Made by a program: the position numbers and the translations under genes. Below, one piece after another: positions 19,028-27,397 of a DNA stretch of 64,000 bases. The notes below the pieces were generated by a model. That model did not search any database. It saw nothing but the letters and a program-made list of their open reading frames with translations, and was not told the DNA's origin. Source of the stretch: an uncultured Opitutus sp. GTDB taxonomy: Bacteria; Verrucomicrobiota; Verrucomicrobiia; Opitutales; Opitutaceae. How positions within the stretch are numbered: the first letter of the stretch is position 1; every line of letters starts with the position of its first letter. Where the stretch lies: positions 156,412 to 220,411 of the forward strand of contig CAYZPV010000003.1 in assembly GCA_964480585.1 (NCBI GenBank). The letters run 5' to 3'.

Positions 19028-20935
19028 ATGGATCTCCGGACTAAAAACGACCGGATCTCCTGGTTCCTGCGGCTGGCTACGTTCATCCTGATCGTCGGGG
19101 TACTTCGCGCTGCTGAGGATGTGCTCATCCCCCTCGCGTTTTCGGTGCTTCTGGCGTTTCTCCTGTCGCCGTTGGTCGTGCGGTTGACTCGGGTTGGCCT
19201 CCCTCGCACCGCGGCGATTATTTTTACGGTCACGGTCGCCTTCGCCGCGATCGGTGGCGTGGCCTGGCTCGTCACCAGCCAGGTGATCTCACTCGTGAAG
19301 GCGCTCCCCAACTACGAGCAAAACCTGCACGATAAGATTACCCAACTGAAGACACCGCGCACGCCTGAGGTGATGACGCGTATGTCCGGCATGGTCGAGA
19401 ATCTCCGGCGCGAGATCAAATCCGCCGCGCCCGACAAGCCCGTGACGCCCGAGGCTCCGGGCGAGCAGAAGCCTGTCCCCGTCGAGGTAAAGCCCACCGA
19501 GCCCACTCCGTGGGAGATCGCGCGCGACATCGTCACTCCCTTTCTTCGCCCATTGGGCATCGCCGGCATTGTGATCGTGTTTGTCGTAGCGATCCTCTTT
19601 CAGCGGGAGGACCTGCGCGACCGGTTTCTCCAGATCGTCAGCGCCGGCAAACTCAATGTCGCCACCCAGGCCCTTGATGACGCCGCCGCGCGAGTCTCAC
19701 GCTACCTAGGCATGCAACTAGTGGTGAATGCCACGTACGGCATCCCCATCGGCCTGGGTCTTTGGTGGATCGGCATCCCCAATGCCGTGCTCTGGGGCCT
19801 TCTCGCGACATTGCTGCGCTTCATCCCTTTCATCGGCCCTTGGATCGCTGCCGCATTTCCAGTGGCCCTCGCCATCGCAGTCGATCCGGGCTGGTCCATG
19901 CTGCTCTACACCCTGGCGCTCTTCGTGGTGATGGAGCTCATCAGCAACAATCTCATCGAGGTCGTGCTCTACGGCGCGAGCACCGGCATCTCCAATCTCG
20001 CACTGCTTGTGGCCGCCGTCTTCTGGACCTGGGTGTGGGGCCCTGCTGGTCTCGTTCTCTCCACGCCGCTTACCGTCTGCGTGCTCGTGCTGGGGAACTA
20101 TGTGCCGGGGATGAGCTTTCTCACGATGCTCCTGGGCAGCAAGCCGCCCATCGAGCCCCCTGCCCTGCTTTACCAGCGTATGCTCTCCATGGATACAGAG
20201 GAGATGATGGATGTGGCCAACGCCTACATCGCCGAGCACTCCCTGGAGGATTTCTACGAAAAGATGTTTATCCCCGCGCTCCTGCTTTCCGAGCAGGATA
20301 GGCACAGCGGCGCGCTCTCCGAGGAGCGCCAAAGCTTCATTTTCCAGGCCAGCCTCGAGCTCATCGAGGAGCTTCAGCGGCAGGATGAGGACGCGCGCGC
20401 CAAGGCCATCGGCCCCATGGCTCCTGCGACGGGCACAGCCGGTGCGCCTGAAGTGCTCGGGGTGCCAGCCCGCGACGAAGCCGACGAAGTGGTGGCTCAG
20501 ATGTGCTGTCATCTGCTGCGTCGTCGCGGCATCGCTGCGGAGGTCTCCCCTCTCTCCGCCCGCCTTGAGGCCACGCTCGATACCGCGGCGCGGCCGCACA
20601 TCCGCGCCACCTATATTTCCGCCCTCCCGCCCTCGGCCATCGGCGCCGCACGCCACGTGTGCCGCCGCCTCCGCCAGCGCACGTCCAGCCTGCCCATCGT
20701 CGTCGCCATCTGGCAGCACCATACTCCGCAGGCGGAACTGGAGAATCGGTTCTCCGCCTATCGGGCCTCGTCCGTCGTCGTCACCCTCGCCGACGCCGTG
20801 ACGCAGATCGAGAAGTCGCTCGGCATCCCGGTCGATACTCGCCCGCCCATCGCCCCCGACCCCCACGCCCGTGACCTGCCCGAGGTCGACGATAGCACCC
20901 GTCACCCCTTCAACTCGGAAACTGTGGCCCGATAG
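19028..20935 (+). CDS. AI-2E (UPF0118/TqsA-like) family membrane protein with C-terminal soluble domain
   Basis: LIPLAFSVLLAFLLSP, VSRYLGMQLVVNATYG, LRFIPFIGPWIA and WTWVWGPAGLVLSTPLTVC; ~250-aa soluble tail. Confidence 0.85.
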   Translation: MDLRTKNDRISWFLRLATFILIVGVLRAAEDVLIPLAFSVLLAFLLSPLVVRLTRVGLPRTAAIIFTVTVAFAAIGGVAWLVTSQVISLVKALPNYEQNLHDKITQLKTPRTPEVMTRMSGMVENLRREIKSAAPDKPVTPEAPGEQKPVPVEVKPTEPTPWEIARDIVTPFLRPLGIAGIVIVFVVAILFQREDLRDRFLQIVSAGKLNVATQALDDAAARVSRYLGMQLVVNATYGIPIGLGLWWIGIPNAVLWGLLATLLRFIPFIGPWIAAAFPVALAIAVDPGWSMLLYTLALFVVMELISNNLIEVVLYGASTGISNLALLVAAVFWTWVWGPAGLVLSTPLTVCVLVLGNYVPGMSFLTMLLGSKPPIEPPALLYQRMLSMDTEEMMDVANAYIAEHSLEDFYEKMFIPALLLSEQDRHSGALSEERQSFIFQASLELIEELQRQDEDARAKAIGPMAPATGTAGAPEVLGVPARDEADEVVAQMCCHLLRRRGIAAEVSPLSARLEATLDTAARPHIRATYISALPPSAIGAARHVCRRLRQRTSSLPIVVAIWQHHTPQAELENRFSAYRASSVVVTLADAVTQIEKSLGIPVDTRPPIAPDPHARDLPEVDDSTRHPFNSETVAR

Positions 20936-21055
20936 GCCCCGAAATGGCGTAACTGACCGCCGCCCCTCTTCAGTTTCGCTGCGTAAGCCTCGGAGACCTC
21001 TATCGCGCGGACACTCCCTCCGTCGCCTAAGTCTGTCCGCTCGGCGCAGCCTCCG

Positions 21056-22459
21056 TTATTTGGTCACCGCTTCGCTGGACCGCGAAGGCATCGGCGCGAG
21101 CTCGGCGCGGCTGGGCATCGGCGCAAACTCCGGTCGAGGCAGCCCGCCCGGCAAAAGCTCTCCCACCTTCACCCTCGCCCCTGTCTCCAAGCTGCGATTC
21201 GCCGCTAGTCCCACCAGGATGGAGCACGCGCCTGCGCGCTCATCAGCCGCGCGCAAATACCTGTCCGCCCCGGGCTCAGGCAGGAAAATATCCTCCAGCA
21301 TGATGCGGTCTCCGCCGCCGTGATCGCCTTCCGCGGTCCATGGCTCCACATCGTACGCGCTGCCGCGGATCGGGATCACGCGCGTCTTCACCACATCCTT
21401 CACCACGGGGCCTTTCAGCGTGTCGGTGCCATCCTGGTAGGTTGATTCCACGATGCTGTGCTCAATGCGGCCCTTCGTGCCGTTGAAGGCCACGGTATAG
21501 CCCTCCCACGCGTTGAAAGCGTTGAGCGAGTAGCTCAGGGTCGCCCCCGTATCGTAGGTCACAAGAGCGTTGAGCGTATCCTCGATGTCGATCTCCGGGC
21601 GGAAAACGCACCGGTCGCGGTAGTAGCCGTCGTGGTGCTCATGCTCGAGATATACCGAGCGAAAAAACGGGCTGGCCTCCAAGTCGAGGTAGAACCCACA
21701 ACGCTCCTTCTCCGGGCACGTGCGGCAGCGCTCATGCGGCCCGCTCAGGCCCATCCGGCGCGCCATCTCCGGCGTATAAAACTCTCGCTTGCCCGTCGCC
21801 ATCACCGTGAGCGGCATCGCGCCGAGCCACCAGTTCACCAGGTCGAAATGATGCGTCGATTTGTGCACGAAGAGTCCGCCCGAGTTGCGCTTCTGCGCAT
21901 GCCAGCGGCGGAAGTAGTCCGCGCCGTGGTGGGTATTGAGCAGCCAGTGGAAATCCACCGAGAGCACATCGCCGATCTCGCCGTTCATGAGCAGCTCCTT
22001 CACTTGCGAGCGCGGCGGCGAATAACGATAGTTGAAAGTCACCCGGCACTGGCGGCCGGTGCGGCGTCGCGTATCCAGAATCTGGCGACAAGCCTCCGCT
22101 GTCGTCGTCATCGGCTTTTCCGTGATCGTGTCGCAACCGGCCTCCATCGCACGCACCAGGTAGTGATGGTGGCTCGAATCGGTGGTCGTCACGATCACCA
22201 CGTCTGGACGCGCCTCTCGCAGCATCACGTCGAAATCAGCCGCGAGATAACCCGCAGGCGCAGGCGCTCCATTCCGCGCGGAGCGGCGGCGCGCCAGCTC
22301 GATCCGGCCCGGATTCGAGTCGCACACGGCGACGAGCTCGGCCCAGCGCGCATGCGTGGTCTCGATGCCGTCCTGATAGACGTCATGCCGTGAGCCAAGG
22401 CCGACGATGGCGTAGCGTCGGCGCACGGGGGTTGCGGGTTGCGACGAGGAAGAGGACAC
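21056..22459 (-). CDS. Gfo/Idh/MocA family NAD-dependent oxidoreductase (YteT-like)
   Basis: YAIVGLGSR, TEKPM, FNYRY, HGADYFRRWH, GGLFVHKSTHHFD and HGGGD. Start tentatively GTG 22459. Confidence 0.85.
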   Translation of the reverse strand: MSSSSSQPATPVRRRYAIVGLGSRHDVYQDGIETTHARWAELVAVCDSNPGRIELARRRSARNGAPAPAGYLAADFDVMLREARPDVVIVTTTDSSHHHYLVRAMEAGCDTITEKPMTTTAEACRQILDTRRRTGRQCRVTFNYRYSPPRSQVKELLMNGEIGDVLSVDFHWLLNTHHGADYFRRWHAQKRNSGGLFVHKSTHHFDLVNWWLGAMPLTVMATGKREFYTPEMARRMGLSGPHERCRTCPEKERCGFYLDLEASPFFRSVYLEHEHHDGYYRDRCVFRPEIDIEDTLNALVTYDTGATLSYSLNAFNAWEGYTVAFNGTKGRIEHSIVESTYQDGTDTLKGPVVKDVVKTRVIPIRGSAYDVEPWTAEGDHGGGDRIMLEDIFLPEPGADRYLRAADERAGACSILVGLAANRSLETGARVKVGELLPGGLPRPEFAPMPSRAELAPMPSRSSEAVTK

Positions 22460-22703
22460 CTGTGCGCACGGTGCCGAGCCCGCCCCTGCCGTCGCAACGG
22501 CTGGACGTGCCGGACAGTCGGGAGTATTCGCAATCTTCGGACCCGTTTGGTGCACGCCCTCATCCCATGCCCCGCCCCGCGAATGTCCAGCCGCCAGCAT
22601 GGCGTAAATTCGGCTTCCCGCGCGATTTGACGCCCACGCCGGGAGCGCCATTCTCGCATGCGCGCTTACCGCGTATCCTCATTACCCCTACCGTCTTCTC
22701 CCC

Positions 22704-23645
22704 ATGCGCCTTCTCCGTCCCTTTCTGCTCTGCCTCGTCACTGTCTTCTCCTCCTTAGGCCTCCAGGCCAGCGGAAAAAAAGTACTGCTCATCGCTGGGT
22801 TGCCCAGCCACGGCCCCGGCGCCCACGAGCACAACGCAGGCGTGCTCCTCCTGCAAAAATGCCTTGCTTCTGTCCCCGGACTCGAGGTGCAGGTCGCCCT
22901 AAATGGCTGGCCGCTCCAGCCCGATGCCTTCGCCGGCGTCGCCGCTGTGGTCATCTACTGCGACGGGGGCGCGCGCCATCTCGCCATCCAACCGGGCAAT
23001 CGCGAGGCGCTCCGCGCCGTCCTTGCCAAGGGCACGGGGCTCGGCCTCCTCCACTACGCCGTCGAGCCCACGCTCGAAAACGGTCAGCTCGATTTCCTCG
23101 CCTGGGTCGGTGGCGCTTTCGAGATCAACTGGTCGGTGAATCCTCATTGGGACGCCGACTTCAAGGAATTGCCTACCCACCCCATCACCCGCGGCGTGGC
23201 CCCGTTCAAGCTCCTCGACGAATGGTATTTCAACATGCGCTTCGTCGCAGGGAAAAAAGGCCTCACGCCCATTCTCGTCGCCACCCCCGATCCTACCGAC
23301 CGCCGTATCACCTCCCGGCGCGATGGCCCGCATCAGGGCAATCCCACCATGCGCGAGCAGGTCGCTCGACGCGACCCGCAGACGGTCGCCTGGGCCTACG
23401 AGCGCACCGATGGCAGCGGAGGCCGCGGCTTCGGCTTTACCGGCGGCCATTATCACAAGAACTGGGGCAATGAAAACTTCCGCCGCATCGCGCTGAACGC
23501 GATCCTTTGGTTGGCCAAGATCGACGTCCCGGCTGGCGGCGTCCAATCGACGGTGACCGACCAGGATCTCGCCGCCAATCTCGACGCCGTGAACCCCGAA
23601 ACTGGCCGCAAAATCATGCCGGGCGAGGGTGTGAAAAGTCGGTAG
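22704..23645 (+). CDS. ThuA-like (class I glutamine-amidotransferase fold) secreted protein
   Basis: Signal peptide, then LLIAGLPSHGPGAHEHNAG, GLLHYA, HPITRGV, DEWYFNMRF, VAWAYER...GRGFGFTGGHYH. Confidence 0.78.
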   Translation: MRLLRPFLLCLVTVFSSLGLQASGKKVLLIAGLPSHGPGAHEHNAGVLLLQKCLASVPGLEVQVALNGWPLQPDAFAGVAAVVIYCDGGARHLAIQPGNREALRAVLAKGTGLGLLHYAVEPTLENGQLDFLAWVGGAFEINWSVNPHWDADFKELPTHPITRGVAPFKLLDEWYFNMRFVAGKKGLTPILVATPDPTDRRITSRRDGPHQGNPTMREQVARRDPQTVAWAYERTDGSGGRGFGFTGGHYHKNWGNENFRRIALNAILWLAKIDVPAGGVQSTVTDQDLAANLDAVNPETGRKIMPGEGVKSR

Positions 23646-23685
23646 CTTCCCCCACCGCTCAGGGGGCGCACTATCTCCGACGAGA

Positions 23686-23728
23686 TATATTGCAGCGCCG
23701 CGCAGGGGCCGCGTGGCGCTGCAATATA
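23686..23728. promoter_or_regulatory. Perfect 14-bp inverted repeat: hairpin terminator or operator
   Basis: TATATTGCAGCGCC (23686-23699) / GGCGCTGCAATATA (23715-23728), extendable inward; no clear U-tract. Confidence 0.5.
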
Positions 23729-23739
23729 GTATCGTATAC

Positions 23740-23769
23740 TTGACTTTGTTTAGATTATCCGCGCATGAT
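23740..23769 (+). promoter_or_regulatory. Candidate sigma70 promoter for the sulfatase at 23910
   Basis: TTGACT (23740-23745), 18-nt spacer, CATGAT (23764-23769), within an AT-rich patch. Confidence 0.35.
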
Positions 23770-23909
23770 ACATCAGCAACCGAACAACTTCGATTGCTAT
23801 AAATTCCATTCGCGCACCCCTGCGCGATCATCCATCAGCGCCAACTTCGGAGGTTTCATGGCTTCGGGGAATATTCGGGTGGTGCATAGGCAGCAAACAC
23901 GCACCCGCC

Positions 23910-25895
23910 ATGTCCCAGTCCACCGATGCCGCGCACGCCACGAGGAAGAATATCATCCTCATTATCACCGATCAGCAGCGCACCACGCAGTGGTTTCCGC
24001 CCCACTGGGAGGAGACTCACCTGCGGGCGATGACCTTCCTCAAGAAGCATGGCATCACCTTCAACGAGTCCGTCTGCAATACCTGCGCTTGCACGCCCTC
24101 CCGCACCACGATCTTCACCGGCACATACCCCACGCGCAACTTCTCCAACTTCACCCTCACCGAGTTCTATCAGCCCACGCGCGGGACTACCGCTGCACCC
24201 TATAATATCCCGATGTACGAGGTGCCGCCCGGCCAGTTGCCGCCCGGCCCCTTCCCTCAGCCCCTCTCCTCCAGCGAGAACGAGCTCGATCAGACCCTGC
24301 CCAACCTCGCGACCATCCTGGCCGAGGCTGGCTACGAAACCTTCTACAAAGGCAAGTTTCACCTCAGCAAAGGGGTGCTGGGCTACGACAATAACTACTA
24401 CAGCGCCGACATCACCCGCTACGGCTTTCACCAATGGGATGCGCCCGATGCCGGCCAGGATGCCCAGATCGAGAACTACGGCGGCGGCACCGCCGACAAC
24501 GACAGCCGCTATCTCTCCGATGCCGTCGCCTTCTTGAAGGAACGGCGCGATCACCCGGAAAAGTACCCCAAGCCTTTCTGCCTCGTATTCTCGCTGATTA
24601 ATCCGCACGACGTGCTCGGCTACCCGATGAACTGGGCCGGCCCGCTCGATAATGGTGGGTACGACAAAAACGACCTGCAGGGGAATATCCGCACGCCGGC
24701 CACCGAATCGGAGAATCTCGACGCCAACTTCAAACCCACCTGCCAGAACCAGTGGCTGAACCTGATGAACTCGCAGGGCGCGCTCACGCGTGACCAGCCC
24801 GCTCACTATATAAACTTCTACGGCAATCTCCTGCAGAAGGTGGATGAGCAGATCATGCAGTTGCTCGATATCCTCATCGCGCCAGAGGGCTCTGCCCTTT
24901 GGAAAAACTCGGTGATCATCCGCACCTCCGATCACGGCGAGATGGGCCTCACGCACGGGGGCCAGCGGCAGAAGTGGTTTAACGTCTATGAAGAAAGCAT
25001 CAAGGTGCCCCTCGTCTGGTCCAATCCGGAGCTGTTTCCCCATAAGGTAGAGTCCAACGCGCTCGTCTCGCTCGTCGATCTGCTGCCCACGCTCGCTTCG
25101 TTCTGCGGCGTCCCCGATCCCAGCCGCTTCGGCATGCAGGGCGTCGACTACTCCCCGCTATTTACGCATCCAGACGGGCGAGTGCAGGACTACACCTACT
25201 TTATCAATACCGACATCAAGGCTGGTCAGGGTATCCCCGAGGCCACGCTCCCGCCCAATAACATCGCGATGATCCGCGACACCCGGTACAAATACGCTCA
25301 GTACTACGGCGGCGTAGACCCGGCGCTCCCGGTGCAGAAACAGGAAGAGTTCTACAACCTGGCTGCGGATGTCGATGCCTCCACGGGAAAGCCGCTCGAG
25401 TTGCACAACAAATCGCACTGGGCCGTCGACCAAGGCGCACCCTGGACGATCACCGACGGCGAGAAACAAGTGCGCAGCGAACTGCAGGCGCGGCTCGCCC
25501 GCTCGTTAAACGGCGGCGTCCTCACCGAGCAGACCAGGATCATTCCCCCCGTGCCCATGCGACCTCGCGCCAAGACCGTCCGCAGCGCGTGGGGCCCGAT
25601 CCTCGTCAAAGGCCATACTGCCGAGGTGTATCAGATCATCATCTACTCCCAGCGGGGCTACTCCTACACGCTCGAAAGCTCAGCTCACGGCGCTTGGTCT
25701 CCCGTGCCGGATACCACTCACTCCGCCGCGACGCTCGGCTCGATCCCCACGACGCTGCTCGGCAACGGCGGCCCGCTCTTGTTCCAGCCCCAGCCCACTC
25801 AAGCGAGTCGCCCAGCCTATCGCGTCGCCCGCACCAGCCCACGCGGTGAGCTCAGCCACGAGAACGTGGTGTGGGAAGACTACACGTCCGCATGA
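23910..25895 (+). CDS. Formylglycine-dependent sulfatase with no signal peptide and a C-terminal extra domain
   Basis: NIILIITDQQR, CTPSRTTIFTG, GYETFYKGKFHL, SLINPHD and TSDHGEMG; ~115-aa C-terminal extension. Confidence 0.85.
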   Translation: MSQSTDAAHATRKNIILIITDQQRTTQWFPPHWEETHLRAMTFLKKHGITFNESVCNTCACTPSRTTIFTGTYPTRNFSNFTLTEFYQPTRGTTAAPYNIPMYEVPPGQLPPGPFPQPLSSSENELDQTLPNLATILAEAGYETFYKGKFHLSKGVLGYDNNYYSADITRYGFHQWDAPDAGQDAQIENYGGGTADNDSRYLSDAVAFLKERRDHPEKYPKPFCLVFSLINPHDVLGYPMNWAGPLDNGGYDKNDLQGNIRTPATESENLDANFKPTCQNQWLNLMNSQGALTRDQPAHYINFYGNLLQKVDEQIMQLLDILIAPEGSALWKNSVIIRTSDHGEMGLTHGGQRQKWFNVYEESIKVPLVWSNPELFPHKVESNALVSLVDLLPTLASFCGVPDPSRFGMQGVDYSPLFTHPDGRVQDYTYFINTDIKAGQGIPEATLPPNNIAMIRDTRYKYAQYYGGVDPALPVQKQEEFYNLAADVDASTGKPLELHNKSHWAVDQGAPWTITDGEKQVRSELQARLARSLNGGVLTEQTRIIPPVPMRPRAKTVRSAWGPILVKGHTAEVYQIIIYSQRGYSYTLESSAHGAWSPVPDTTHSAATLGSIPTTLLGNGGPLLFQPQPTQASRPAYRVARTSPRGELSHENVVWEDYTSA

Positions 25896-25916
25896 ACGAG
25901 GCGTGCCTACCTCGCC

Positions 25917-27380
25917 CTAGGGCACGGGCAGGCGGGCGCTCACCGACGTCAGGTACGCGTCCAACTGCGCGGCAAGTTCCTGGCGCTTTTTCGGCTCAGT
26001 TTTGGCGAGATCGGTCTGCTCGCTCGGGTCACGCTCCAGGTGATAGAGTTCCTCCCGGCCGTCTTCGTGAAAGCGGATCAGCTTGTGGCTGCCGGCACGG
26101 ATCGCCGTTTGCGGTAGCGTCTTGCTCACCGCAAAGTCGTCTACGCCGATGCCGTCGCGCGCCTTGGCGTAGCCGGTTTCGGGATGGTAGTAAGGGAAGT
26201 GCCACACCAGCGGCTGCGTGCGCGTCACCCCGGTGGCCTTCCCTAGCCACAGCGGGGAGACATCCACGCCGTCGCGCGGGATCTTCGTGTCCATCGGCGC
26301 ACCCGCGATGGCAGCCAGCGTCGGAAAGAGATCAGCCCCGACGACCGGCGTCAGGCAGGAAGAGTTCGCCGGCACTCTGCCCGGCCAGCGTACGAGCAAA
26401 GGCACCCGGATGCCGCCTTCATAAACGTTCCACTTGCTCCCGCGCGCGGGTCCATTGGCGGAGTACTCGGGATGGCCGCCGTTGTCGGAGGTGAAGATCA
26501 CGATCGTGTTGTCGGCCAAGCCTTGATCATCGAGAGCCTGCAGGACTCGGCCGACCAGATGATCGAGCGTCTCCACCATGGCGCCGAAAGCTGCACGGCC
26601 CTCGCCTGCATCCCGCGGCAGACGCTGGCGATACTTCTCGACCAGCCATTGGGCGCGCGAGCGCACCGGGGTGTGCACGTAGTAGTGCGAGAGCACCATG
26701 AAGAAGGGTTCGCTTTTGCGGCGCTGGATAAAGTCGATGGCATTGTCCGTCAGCGCATCCGCGCCGTACTCGCCCCGCGGATACGGCGGGCGCTCGGTCT
26801 TTTCGCCTTTTCCTTTTTTGGCCCCTTCGGGAGAGCGCTCGCTGTAGGGGTGGCTGCCAAACTCGCTGTCGCCTTCCGCAAAGCCCTGCTGGAAGGGCCC
26901 GTGCGTATTCGACCAACCGAGGTAGCCTCCGGTGTGCTGGCTCACATGCCACTTGCCATAATAGCCAGTGCGGTAGCCGGCCTGGCCGAGCATCTCGCCC
27001 AGCGTCACTTCCTCGAGAGGAAGGTTGAGCGGGTACTCTGGCACTGCCATCGGGCGGGCTTCGACCTTGGCCCCCGGCTCCTTGGTCACAAACTCAAAGT
27101 GCAGCCGTGCTGGCGACCGACCCGTCAACAACGCCACGCGCGAGGCCGAGCAGATCGGCGCGGAGGCGTAGGCCTGGGTGAACCGCATCCCCTGTGCTGC
27201 CAGGCGGTCGAGATTGGGCGTGTCGTGCCACGCATTACCGTACGTCCGCAGGTCGTGCCAGCTGAGGTCGTCGGCGAGGATAAAGACGATGTTTGGTCGC
27301 TTGGCTGACCCCGCCGCCAATGCGCGGGCACCGACAAACGCGAGGAAGACAAGACAGATACGAAGTAGCGAGGAGGCCAT
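25917..27380 (-). CDS. Secreted arylsulfatase-type sulfatase with a CxAxR motif
   Basis: Signal peptide MASSLLRICLVFLAFVGARALAA, then RPNIVFILADD, CSASRVALLTG, GYYGKWHV and FTSDNGG. Start set at ATG 27380. Confidence 0.9.
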   Translation of the reverse strand: MASSLLRICLVFLAFVGARALAAGSAKRPNIVFILADDLSWHDLRTYGNAWHDTPNLDRLAAQGMRFTQAYASAPICSASRVALLTGRSPARLHFEFVTKEPGAKVEARPMAVPEYPLNLPLEEVTLGEMLGQAGYRTGYYGKWHVSQHTGGYLGWSNTHGPFQQGFAEGDSEFGSHPYSERSPEGAKKGKGEKTERPPYPRGEYGADALTDNAIDFIQRRKSEPFFMVLSHYYVHTPVRSRAQWLVEKYRQRLPRDAGEGRAAFGAMVETLDHLVGRVLQALDDQGLADNTIVIFTSDNGGHPEYSANGPARGSKWNVYEGGIRVPLLVRWPGRVPANSSCLTPVVGADLFPTLAAIAGAPMDTKIPRDGVDVSPLWLGKATGVTRTQPLVWHFPYYHPETGYAKARDGIGVDDFAVSKTLPQTAIRAGSHKLIRFHEDGREELYHLERDPSEQTDLAKTEPKKRQELAAQLDAYLTSVSARLPVP

Positions 27381-27397
27381 GCGCGCAGCGAGATTGC

